NCBI GenBank assembly: GCA_030704615.1
Contig: CM060731.1
Location: 15,934,001 to 15,998,000 of the forward strand
DNA length: 64,000 bases
DNA from: Takakia lepidozioides
Taxonomy: Eukaryota > Plantae > Bryophyta
Reading direction: 5' to 3'
The notes under the pieces: model-generated
Seen by the model: the letters and a program-made list of their open reading frames with translations, nothing else
Told to the model about the DNA's origin: nothing
The model's database searches: none
Part shown: positions 25,460 to 36,623 of the stretch, one piece after another
Position numbering within the stretch: position 1 is the stretch's first letter
Layout: every line of letters begins with the position of its first letter
Program-made: the position numbers and the translations under genes

Positions 25460-28420
25460 TTGGGAGCACTGAAGGGTCAAGAGATCCGTATTGAGTTGGC
25501 CACTGACACGCCAATCTTTCGGAGACCCTATAGATACAGTGACATGGAGAGGTCTTTGATTCAGATGAGGACTCAAGATCTCTGGGAGGCAGGTTTGGTG
25601 GAGCTCTCTGGTGGAGAGTATGCTTCAGCCACAGTGATGCCAGCTAAGAAGGATGTCTATGGCAATTGGACGGAGAGACGTATGTGCGGTGATTACCGGC
25701 CTGTAAATCGTCAGACCAAGTCCGATAGGTATGCCATGCCAACACCAGAGGAGATCTTTGATGCCATTGGGCATTCCAAGGTCTTTAGCATGTTGGATTT
25801 ACGATCCGGATATCACCAGTTGCCGATCAAGGAGGCGGATAAGCAAAAAACGGCATTCTGGGGGATCAACGAGCACGGGAAGGATTGCCTATACCAGTGG
25901 CGGTTCTTACCATTTGGGCTTAAAAACGCTCCCGCTGAGTTTCAAAGAGTCATGGACAGGATTCTAGCAGGGGTGGAGTTTGCTCGGTGCTACATAGATG
26001 ACATCATCATCTTTAGTGCTACGGTGGAGGAGCATGAGAGACACCTTCAGGGGGTATTTGAGCGCTTGAGGACGCACGGATTGAAGTTACATCCGGGCAA
26101 GTGCAAGTTTTTCCACAACCAGATTGAGTATCTGGGTCACATGATATATCCTGGAGGATTGGGGGTACAGCAGACTAAGGTAGAGTCCATTGCACAGGTT
26201 CCACGCCCCACGGATGTGAGCCGAGTTCGAGCTTTCATGGGGTTAGCAAACTATTACAGACGGTTTGTTAAGGGATTTAGTGCCATTGCAAAGGCTCTAA
26301 CCAAGCTGACCAAGGTGGACCAGGAGTGGCAGTGGGAAGATGAGCAAGAACAAGCTTTTCAAGAGCTCAAGGCGAGGTTGACCTCGGCGCCCATCTTGAG
26401 ACGACCTATCAGGGGGCGTCCTTTTCAGCTGCATACAGATTGGAGCATGCTGGGGCTTGGAGCGGTGCTCACACAGGTGGATGATGAGGGAAGAGAGTTC
26501 GTAGTGGCTTATGCTAGCCGCTCGAACAATGCTGCAGAGTCTAAGTATAGCTCATATGAGGGAGAATGCTTAGCTGCAGTGTGGGCCGTGGCACACTTCA
26601 GGTGCTATCTATACGGCAATCTCTTCACCCTTGTCACGGATCACCAACCACTCAAGTGGTTGATGGAGTCAGACAAGCTTACGGGGAAGCTTGCACGGTG
26701 GGCACTCAACCTTCAAGAGTATGACTTTCAGGTGGTGCATCGACCGGGTTTGGTCAATCGAAATGCAGATGGGTTGAGTCGCAATCCATGCACGAGCCAG
26801 CAGGATGACACTGGAGCTCGGTGGCATGGTGAGACGGACGAGGAGATGGTGCCCGGATGGCATGCATCTGCATTTCTGTGTATCTTGGCAGCGGAAAGCC
26901 AGGTTGGACCTACAACAGGGATGACTGTAGATCAAGTGTCTGCGGACCCTGAGGCCAGCAATGAGCAGGGTGGCGCCAAAGATATACATGAGGATTCAGT
27001 TGTGTTGGACTACCTCCGCAGTGGAGACACGGCAGCCATTATGACTGCCAAGGAGAGGGATCGGATCCTACAACGAGCCAAGAGGTTCAGGTGGGGAGGG
27101 GACACACCTGCTCCGAGTGTGGGAGGATGGTCGAGTGAGGATTGTGCCTCACCCAACACAGCGGGCACGGTTAGTGCGGCATGCCCATGAGGAGTTGGGG
27201 CATTTTGGGGTGCGACGCACTCATAGTCTACTGCAGGGGCAGTATTGGTGGCGTGGTATGCACACAGAGGTGCAACAATTTGTGGCTAGGTGCATGGTGT
27301 GTGACAGGGTGCGTGCTTCATTCAACGCCCCTACTCCACAATTGCACCCTCTTCCGATCATGGGATTGGGCTACAGGTGGAGTCTTGACTTCGTAGGGCC
27401 GTTGCCACTGACCATGCGCCACAACAAGTACGTGTTGGTGATGGTGGAGCACTTCTCCAAGTGGATTGAATTGGTTCCATTGCCTGATAAGGCTAGTGAG
27501 GGAGCTGCGTATGCATTCCTGGATTGTGTGCTTAGCCGATCTCGTCTGCTCCAGAGAGGTACTCACGGACCAAGGGAGAGAGTTCTTGGGGGAGTTTCAG
27601 GCTTTGTGTGACAAGGCCTTGATAGACCACCGCACCACTTCTCGGGATCTCCTGAAGCCGATGGCTTGGCAGAGAGAGTTGTTCAGACAGTAAAGAGGGG
27701 TTTGCGCAAGTATGGCTTGCAGAAGGGACACCTAGGAGATTGGGACCTTCAGTTACCCTGGTTAGCCATGGGCTACAGGTTCAGCAAGCAAGCATCACTT
27801 GCCTCCTTCTCACCATACTTTCTTCTCTTTGGCCGAGAGCCGGATTTGCCTACATCCATTCGCAGAGAAGCTGCTACAGTTCTTAACCTTGACGATCCGG
27901 ACGTGTGGGCACGTGCATGTGAGCAGCGTGCAGAGTTGTTCAAGAGAGTCATGCCCATGGCTTTCGAGAACCTTGCCATTGCACAACACCGTGATACGTT
28001 GAGGTATGCTACCATACGTGGTGGGGGCTATCGTCCTGGGGTTCGGAGATTCAACCCTGGTGACTATGTCTATCTGCAGCAGACTGCTCCTACGACCCTG
28101 GATGTGACTGCAGGACGTGTTATTTTGAGGGTTCGAGAGGTCTTGCCCTCAGGCGTCTTGGTCTTGGAGGGTCGGGATGGCATAACTTGGAAGGACCATG
28201 TGCGTAATTGTGCGCCATGTCACCTTCCGAATGTCGATGGCAGGATTGACCCAAACCTGGCAGTGGTATCTGCAGGTTTGAGGTGCATGTTGTGTGGGTC
28301 TGCTAAAGGGGCAGCCACCATGCTGGTGTGTGATCGATGCTCTAGAGGTTGGCATATGGGGTGCTTGACTCCACTCTTGAGATGGTTCCAGATGGGATTG
28401 GTTATGTCCACAATGCATTG
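25460..28420 (+). pseudogene. pol: reverse transcriptase, RNase H, integrase (HHCC plus DDE) and C-terminal PHD finger
   Basis: RT: RMCGDYRPVN, LDLRSGYHQ, LPFGLKNAPAEFQR, YIDD. RNase H: LHTDWS, YEGECLA, TDHQPL, ADGLSR. Integrase: HEELGH...CMVC, LDFVGP, TDQGREF, AERVVQTVK. PHD at 28284-28416: CMLC...LVCDRC...HMGCL..P...WLCPQC. Frameshifts at about 27100, 27540, 27650 and 28375-28395. Confidence 0.95.
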
Positions 28421-28685
28421 GATAGTGGGAGTGGATACAACCATGGGAGACTAACAAGCAACGCAAGGCCCAGCTACTAGGAGACCTTGAACACACGAGG
28501 TCCTGGCTCAAGTTCACAGATTGCAAGATGGCGACTAACGATGGGGCTACTCTTGTACCCGGCCTCTTGGTCTATAGAGTTTGAGTACAATAGGGACAGT
28601 GATAGAGGACTTAGTACGGCTGTGGCTATTACATCTTGTAGCTATCTGGAGGTAGAGGGACCTATCCACCAGCTAGGGGGGCGAT

Positions 28686-29214
28686 TGTGGCAGACTACTT
28701 TATTGTGCATATATGTATGGTGTGGTTTGGACAGCGATGTAGTTGTGTAGCGATATGTATGCGCACGACAGCTGTCAAGTTAAATAAGCACAGTGTGAAA
28801 ACAGCTAGAATAAAACTAGTTATTTGTATTTAACACTTGGATTTAGGTCAAGTGTTAAATCAGGTGTCAAGTTTAGTTTGACACCTGGTCCGTCTTATCT
28901 TCACGAGAGCGGCAGTCGCGCGGCTCATCTTTCTCGAGTTGAGCCTGCGCGACCGAGCTCCTGCATCGTTTAGGACTGAGTGTGCTTATGATGGGAGTAT
29001 AGGTTGTTGTGGGGTGGAGTCCCCATAGCTTGGGGTGCCCCTGGCTCGACTTCTGTTTTAACGAGTGATAGCGATGGATTTCATGTTGTTTCTGGTGTGA
29101 ACAGTGTGTCTCTTAGCTTTTCTTATCATTGTGGCAGACTACTTTATTGTGCATATATGTATGGTGTGGTTTGGACAGCGATGTAGTTGTGTAGCGATAT
29201 GTATGCGCACGACA
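28686..29214 (+). repeat. 3' terminal repeat block B1(28686-28770)-GC-A2(28773-29128)-T-B2(29130-29214)
   Basis: The two 85-bp B copies are identical by eye, and A2 is identical to A1. A purine tract AGGGGGGCGAT lies immediately before B1. The B1/A2 junction is the palindrome GACA-GC-TGTC. Confidence 0.93.
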
Positions 29215-31319
29215 CATTGATCTGATGCCGAATGTTAGGTGAACTTAAAGTGGAGAAATGATCCATGACTAGGTCCAATGCTGCACCGTCAAGTTTAGTC
29301 CCCACAGAATCTCCTTCACTCAAAATATGGCTTTCCAAGAAGGACTTGCTTGCGCCAAGAGCAATTGCAGATGTTGTTGCGGATGGGTTTCTCCCGAACT
29401 CCTGTTTGATCAACCTCAATACTGTCTCAACACTCTCCCTGTAATCCCCCTTCGAGACAGGATGGTTATGGAATCCAAAATGCACACAAGCTCTCGTCAT
29501 TGTATTCAAACGGTGGACAACATAGTACATTCTTGCTCCGCAGAGCGCCAAGCAGGATGGCACAAGTTTGCAGAATTTGCAGACGAAAGTGTTTGCCGGT
29601 GGAGGGGCAGTCCCAGGCTGAAATGGATTTTCCGCCAGACCCTCCCATTCGCTTTGATTATGAACACCAGACTGAAGAAAGTGTCTGCAATTCAAATTAT
29701 CACACCTAAGGTGTCCATTGCAAACTGTCCTCCTGAAAACAAGCTTGTCATCATTCTGAATATTGGATGTTTTTGTTCTGCACCACGGGTGCCCGTCGTG
29801 TTTCTTGTCCATTCCATGCATCATGATTGTTATACCTCCAACTCGCGGAGGAGGAGGCAGCTCGAATAGGATATCGCCATCAAAAGTCTCCGGCAAGAAC
29901 TTCACAGGCACCTGCTTCAAAGATTCCCAATCAATTCCCCGCAACTCACTTTTGAATCCAGCCATTCCTCCCATCGCCCGCAATTTTGGAATGACACTAC
30001 AAATCTCTTCTTCATCAGCTTCTGCAACCACAGTAGGAAGGACTGGATTTGGAATTTCACTTATGTCATCATCGGAAGAATCCGAAAGCTCAACGATTGG
30101 AGTGGAGGAAGTCTGTTCTTTTTTCACCACCACCTCCCTCTTGTCTTCAACGACCGAAGCAGCAGTCCCGGGCGTCACATATGACCCAAGGGACTTTCGC
30201 CGAGGCTCTCCAAGTACTCTGTATCGACCAGGACGCACTCTCCACTGGCTGATATGAGCCGTCTCATCACGGTTTTGGAAAGAATATTTCACCAAATTCC
30301 CTTTCAGATCGTAAACCTCTTTCTCCAAAAAGATGGAGCCATTCTGCAGCTGAAAACGGGTAGCCAAGACATGTTCCAGAACAATTGCAAATCCATTGTC
30401 AAGGACTTCCTGGGAGAACGGCACTAGTTTGTCGTCTGAGAAGAACTCCGCTTCAGAGGAAGCCATCTTCCTTCCTCGAGTATGTTTGTACCTTGCTATC
30501 GCAGATCTAGTGTAAATCGGTTTACTGCTGTCTCCAGAACACAGTTGAAGAATGAGCAGAGAATATGGCGGAGGAAGCTCAGATAACGACTGTGCATATT
30601 CTGTTATTCATTCCAAATATGCAGCCGTCCATTTTAATTACTTTTCTTGTGGGCCCAGTGGTCAGAGTATCCCTAGGGGCAGTGTCGGCAACTGTTAAAC
30701 CGTTAATCAGAACCTCATCAATAAACCCAATAACAAAGCCGACTTCCTGGAAGCATGCCACAGGATTGAGAATGGGATTGCAGATTAAGTAAATGTATCT
30801 ATATACTACTACCAATGATCATGCGCACCTGGAAAGTTCCAAATGTGAAACGAATGTGGGGTTTGGCTAACAAGGATGACCGTGTATGATATTCCAAAAT
30901 TTGTCATCAAACTCTCGTTCATTTATATTTATTTGTTTAAGACTGCGCATCAATTTCTGGGATTCGCTGTTCTTTTTAAATATTGAACCCGTTATAATAA
31001 AGAACACGCCGTTTTTTTTGGGCGGCACACGTCAGACATCCATAACTGAATACGAACAGCTGTACACCAATTGATGGCATGTGCACTAATAAGGAAACGA
31101 CTATGTGGAACGGTCACGCGGGAGGGAATCCGATGCTTCTAGAGACACGCAAGAACGCAGGCAATCCCGCAAGAAATCGGGAGTCACTGCGTTTTTCTAC
31201 TTTTCGCGCTTAGAGGGAGAGTGGTAGTCAAGCTGGAGAGGGTTCCTTCTAGAATACGAAAGAGAAGAAAGTCTCTTTATTTTACTTCCCTTAGAGAGAG
31301 ACGCAGAGCAAGAGAGAAA

Positions 31320-34300
31320 ATGACGAGGCGTCGTTTGTTGGAGAACACAGGGCCAAGGCAGCAGGTGAACGCGGAGACTGATTCACAAGAGCAGACGGAG
31401 ACTGAGGCAGCGGCTGCGACACAGTCGGCGATAAGAGTGCGCCAGCCTGTGGAGGCAAAGATGATTCGCAGGGACACTGAAGAAGGTGGAAGCACGCGGA
31501 ACGCCGAACCTGGAGAAGGTCAAGAAACCCTTGCGCAGACAGAAACTCCAGCAGATGTGAGAGGGAAGAGGAAAGCTGCAGAAGGGGATCAAATTTCAAA
31601 ACCTAAGAAGGTGCCAGTAAGTTTTATCATATAGTCTGTCTGATTGCCTTTCAAGGAGTCCTTCCTCTTCCATTCTTTAGCAGGAACTACTGAATCGCGA
31701 GCGTCGTTAACGCCATTCGATTCTCCTCATGAGATTTATGTACCTATGTGTTTGAAGAGAGAGTCTGCACTTACTATTCTCCCTAAACTACACTGAATGT
31801 CGTTGCCGCCAATCAGTTGCACATGTATGTCATTACACAACACCGATCCGGCAGGTCGTTATCTTTTGTGATTGTCGTTAACGCCGTTCGCTATCGCTAT
31901 CGCTTTTGTTTTGAATACGGCAGTCTCGGCTTTGCATGTGTAGATTGTGCTGAATTCTTTCACACCATTCATGGTGAGTTTCCTTGATACAGAGTGATGG
32001 TCGTTACCGCCATTCACTATTTGCAAATCACTCAGTCAGAACTGAATGGCATCGTGCAGAAAACTGTGAGGTCGAAGCCTACAGGATCAGAGGGGAAAGG
32101 ATCTGGAGATGGGGACGAGTCCGCAAAAAGCTCAGAGAATACAGATGAAGCAGATGAATCCAAAGTGCACTACCTTGACAATGTGAAAGAACTCATGTCA
32201 TTCCAGAAGGTAAACTCTCAGGAGGTTATAAGGGACATGCTCGTATCTGGAGGGCGTCTGGACATACCTCTGTGCCGGATGATATCAATGCCTGTTGTGC
32301 GTCCACCTCTTTCCCATGACATAACAAAATTGGAGAGTGATTTTGTGCATGGATATAGACTTGGTGCACAAGTTTTTTATGTGTCACTGATGGATATAAA
32401 TGGGAAAAGCACATTAGTGTCTCCAGAGATCAGTGATAACTGGGATGAGTGCTGGAAAGATGCCAATGAGGAGTTCAAGCTGGGCCTCATGATGGGAAAG
32501 AACACCCAGCAATTCTGCAACCACATGTTCTACGTCTGGGACGGCAACCACCGATTGCTGGCATGGATGGGATACATTCAGAAACACCATTCGAAAGACA
32601 AAGACAAGCATGTTGTTGTGGAGGCAATGGTTTTGGATCCTGGAAACGACATCGCTAGGCTTCTTACAGCTATGCACGACGTGAACAAGTAAGTCATCCA
32701 GGAGATTTCATTCCCTCTGTAGTGTCTTGTTAATCCTCAAAAAACAGTGTTAAGGAATGCAATGTTTCCAATGTTTTTGCAGATCGACAGAGAAATCGTA
32801 TGTGACAACAAGCTTGGTTCACACACTATTCCGAATTCAGAGGATTGGTCTGATGAAGCTGGATGATTTTCGGACAGTACTACCACCCAATATCATCAAG
32901 AAGTGCGAAACAGGAAGAGCTGCAGGCACTTGGTATTCTTTGACACGAGAGGCGTTTCTGGAGTACATGTATGCGGTAAGCCCGAGTCTGTAATCTGTTT
33001 ACTTTTCGAATACATGTTTGTAGTCCCTTCGGAGCTAATCACTACTTGAATGAATGCAGCAAGAACTGGCAGAGGCAGCTGAGAAGGGCAAATCCGAATA
33101 TTACCGCACTACACCAGAAGAACTAAGGACATCAAAGGGTGTGGAAGCTGCAATAAAGAAGGAGTTTGAAATGCGAAGAACCAAATTGATGTCAGCCTTC
33201 GGAAAGCAGCTTAGAATAGTAGATCCTGGACTTGGTCCTGAGTTCCTTCAGCAGATCAAAACACACTATGACAAGCATGTGCATCCGGAGATGCAGCAGG
33301 AGAAATTGCACGGTTGGCCATATCGATGGTCGACCCACAAACAAAAATAAGGTGGCTGGAGATATGGAACTCAGATCAAACAGTAAAGGACTTGAATCAG
33401 TTCCCAAAGAGCACCATACAGCCTGGCACAAAGGTGGAAGGAATCAGTGATTTGGTCTTTGATAACTGGCTCCACAAGGCTACATTTTGGAGTCAGGTGT
33501 GTATTCGAACATGCTGTTTCTTATCTTCAAGTATGTGATGTGTATCTTTTTGGAAATCTGACAAATATACTATTTGCAGCTCGAAAAGCGCGCCGTCATT
33601 GTGCTGGATCAGACTTTGAAGGACCTGAACATTGCGATTGTTTCCCCTCCCCAAATGTCATTGGAGGCATACATAAGGAAGTGGAGAGGTCTCACGTGGA
33701 GATACTGTTTTTTCCGGGAGTTCTCCAAAGATAGTAACATTTTACGGTCCAACGACTTTGACAGTCAGGTTGGAGGAGAGTGGGCCATGATGCGAGTTGT
33801 GTACAGGTGCAATGTCATACTTGAAACTCTACTGTTTTTTGGGAAAAAATGTGGCTTCATATGGATTGCAATCTTAGATCCAGATTGAATGTCGTTGACG
33901 ACATTCACTTCTTTGTCTAAGTCATTCTTAAGCGAGTATGTGAATTCACCTGGTTAGGATCTAAGGGTGCAATTATATTGTCCCTGATTAGAATTGATAA
34001 TGTCCTTGAATGGCGTTGACGACATTCACATACGGAGTTGTTGAGAGGTCCTCAGAGTTATTTAAATTTTTGTAATGTCCATAGAGGTTACAGTGAGGGT
34101 TCCTCACTTCATTTTGCTGAATGTCAATGCAGACATTCAGTTGTTCTGCATTGTTTTTGCCTCTTGCGATGAATGTGGAGGCTTGATAAGCTCTGTTTTA
34201 AGAAATCCAAAGTGAATGTCGTTGACGACATTCACAGCTGTGTCTGTATTATTCAACAGCGACAAATTCAATTTACATGGATTGGGGAGCTAAGTAATTG

Positions 34301-36623
34301 GTTTCTTTTTGTATTTTTGTGAATGGCGTTGACGCCATTCACATACAGTGATGTTGTGAGGTCCTCAGTGATAGGTTCGTTATGAATGTGCATTGAGTTT
34401 TCCTGGAGGGTTCCTTACTCAATTTTTTTATTTCCATCCTGTGATTTTGCTTCATTTAAGTAATAATTTGGCTTCATTCTTGAATGTCGTTGACGACATT
34501 CACTTCTATGTCTGTGTCATTTCTAAACGATTATTTGCATTCACCTGGATTAGGATGTATTTACAGTGTCATTGAATGGAATGTTCTGAATGGCGTTGAC
34601 GACATTCATATCTGGAGCAGTAGTGTGGTCCTGAAAGGTCCTTGGAGCAGTTGTCAGAGCCATTTCAATCTATGTTTTATTCTTTCTGTTCTACTTGCAT
34701 CTTACTCACTGAGCGCTTTTGTGGGTTGGGATTTATCTCCTTTTTTCAGGTACACAAAATATGTGCTTATGGAAGGAAATCACCTGAGCGGAATTCCCGA
34801 CTATCTTGACATGTGGTCGGACCCTGCAAACGATCCAACCATGTATACTGCAGGGATATTGAAGGACTGGAGTCCTTCTCACTTCAGAGACTGTGGGTGG
34901 TACCTTGACTGCCCACCTGAGCACACGACCTTTCAAGAACAGCATATGAAATACTTGAACAATAACGCTGAGATGCTGGCGCCTTTGACTGACGAAGAGT
35001 ATCAACGAAACATAGCAACCTTGGCTGCCAAGGAGCCTGATGCTCAGGGAACGCCGCAGAAGGGAAAGAAGGCGGGCCGCAAACCAAAAGACAAGGCTGT
35101 TGATGTCATAGCCATCTCACCAGCAAAGCCAAAGGACAAAGACAAGTCCAAAGAGAAGGAAAAGGACAAGGGGAAGGAGAATGAAAAGGAGATGGAGAGT
35201 GGGCAGGACTTTACTGCTGGAAGATATACCCGCACTCTTCAGTGCGTGTTCGATGCCAAGCCACACCCTTCCCGTTCTGATTCAGCAGGAGAGATGAAAA
35301 TTGTTAATGAGGGTTGGCTTTCGATGATGCAGAGTCGAAAGAGAGGATACACTGGGGTGCCATCCCCTACCTGGGACAATATAATCTCATTCCTCAATCT
35401 GGTGAGAATTCCAGTTTCTTTCCTTTTTCTCTGAAAGTTTCGTTGGCAGTATTTCAGTCTCGTTCTTTGAAAACATTCTTGCCATCGTTCTTATAAAAAA
35501 CATGTCTGTTGCAGGTGAGCACAGGTCCCACCTTCGTGTGCGGTGTGCAGAAAACTTATGCGGCCGACATTGTCATTCTCGACATCCCGGATGGCCAGGC
35601 TGTGCCAGAAGTTCTTCCAAAGGGCAAGACGCCAGGCTGGAACAAATTCGAGGACAACTACTGGAGTTGGGTGTTCGGGTTCTGTAACAATTTCCTCTCT
35701 GATGCAGGGACACTTCTGCTTTTTCAGTCATGTGACAATGATAGTCGTCGGGCATTGGCATCATACCTCAAGTCTTCAGGGTTTGAAGTTTTGCGCACAT
35801 GGAATTGTGTGAACAGCCTCTACCTTGTGAAAGGGGGTTTCCCTGGTCAGCTGGTATGCCGTCTCCCTTCTGCTTGTGCTTTGATCATGAGTTTCAATTT
35901 TCTCTGCAGCTCCACTCTAGTAGAATGTTTTATGATCGACACCGATCATCAACGATTCATGATTTTTTTGTGTCAGAGTTCTGAATAGCCGATGTACACA
36001 CTTCCACTATAGATTGTGTTTACCACACTAACCTGCTATCTTTGCCAGACGAGGATGTTCGAGGCGATCTGCCTGCGGAGGATTTGCACATCAAAGACAC
36101 CATCCTCCATCCGCAGCTTTGAGATTTCTGACCAGGGTTGTTTCGTCAACCCCCCCTATGAGCCCCATGTCGATGACATTTTGTACAACTTCATGCAGTC
36201 CAGTCAGACTCTGAAGAGACCAGATGGCACTCCCTGGAGAGGTGCAAAGGAAAAGTCACCAGCATTCATGCAAATACTGCTGGAGTCATGCAGCCACCGC
36301 TCTGCACGGGTGGTCGATCTTTCTGTGTCCACAGGTTCGTTTTTTCCCTTCCGAATTGGTTTCCTTTCAACAGTTTCATCTGCTTAAATCCCCTCCTCCA
36401 AACTGTTCATGTTCTCCTGTCTGGTGCAGGAGCAACTTACCACGCATGCAAGGCAGGCGGAAGAAGCCTTTTTGGCATGGAGGGTGATTCTGACCTCTAC
36501 AACACCGTGCTCCTCCCCCTTTTGTCTGGCTCCACTTCAGGCACACAGACTGATCGGATTCAAATTCGAAATGATGACGATCCCGAAGATAAGCAGGTCG
36601 ACAACGACTTTTCATGTGAGTAA
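31320..36623 (+). CDS. MULE cargo gene (~9 exons): ParB/Sulfiredoxin-like domain plus C-terminal beta-class N6-adenine/N4-cytosine DNA methyltransferase-like domain; one apparent frameshift at ~33310
   Basis: Frame-compatible GT-AG exons: 31320-31610, 32060-32688, 32783-32975, 33060-33496, 33580-33806, 34750-35401, 35515-35853, 36049-36334, 36430-~36620. ParB-like MFYVWDGNHRLLAW. MTase-like ADIVILDIPDG (cf. DLIxxDPPY), FLSDAGTLLLF, GAKEKSPAFMQILLESCSHRSARVVDLSVSTGATYHACKAGGRSLFGMEGD (cf. TQKP..L..LI..S...D.VLDPF.GSGTT..A....R...G.E.D). Confidence 0.75.
33887..34609. repeat. Intronic array of palindromic 20-24 bp motif (GT)GAATGTCGTTGACGACATTC(AC)
   Basis: Copies start at 33887, 34008, 34119, 34214, 34321, 34482 and 34588. 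Four degenerate copies lie in intron 1 (about 31701, 31795, 31870, 31994). Confidence 0.9.

Larger units (their letters stand above)
16777..29214 (+). mobile_element. Gypsy-like retroelement with split direct repeats (A1...B1-A2-B2), C5 DNA methyltransferase and PHD finger
   Basis: Ends TGTCA...CGACA, with 4-bp TSD CATT (16773-16776, 29215-29218) confirmed by restoration of the host ORF. Domain order: gag zinc knuckles, protease, DNMT, RT, RNase H, integrase, PHD. Confidence 0.93.
14509..30466 (-). pseudogene. MULE DDE transposase with N-terminal GCM-like Zn domain and C-terminal SWIM finger, split by the retroelement at 16777-29214
   Basis: N-terminal part 29219-30466: WCRTKTSN...RTVCNGHLRCDNLNC...CKFC...C...HNHP. 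Core 16012-16776: FLMFDHVKR, FMADSAQA, TCLFHW (CxxH), then NLAE(T)VH after an intron at ~15893-16011. SWIM: PNCTCPDF...PCKHLYF. Removing the retroelement and one CATT restores the frame SSPNIRHQ-INALRMGSGIRG. Frameshifts at about 15843 and 15350. Confidence 0.88.

Noticed and set aside
28686-29128. Conventional 3' LTR (TG...CA after the purine tract) with a truncated 5' LTR
   Set aside because: The TSD and host-ORF restoration put the true ends at 16777 and 29214, so the extra B copy is inside the element and the 5' end is not a truncation.
16777-29214. DIRS/Ngaro tyrosine-recombinase retrotransposon, suggested by the split repeats and a methyltransferase
   Set aside because: No YR ORF seen. 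It encodes a protease and DDE integrase, has a TSD, and its MTase is C5-type rather than the DIRS adenine type.
14685-30257. Numerous 60-200 aa ORFs antisense to or overlapping the transposase and pol genes
   Set aside because: Shadow ORFs of GC-balanced coding sequence with no independent motifs.
33887-34609. CRISPR-like array (palindromic repeats with spacers)
   Set aside because: Spacers are 75-140 bp, uneven, and alternate ones resemble each other (ancient tandem duplication). The context is a eukaryotic intron with no cas genes.
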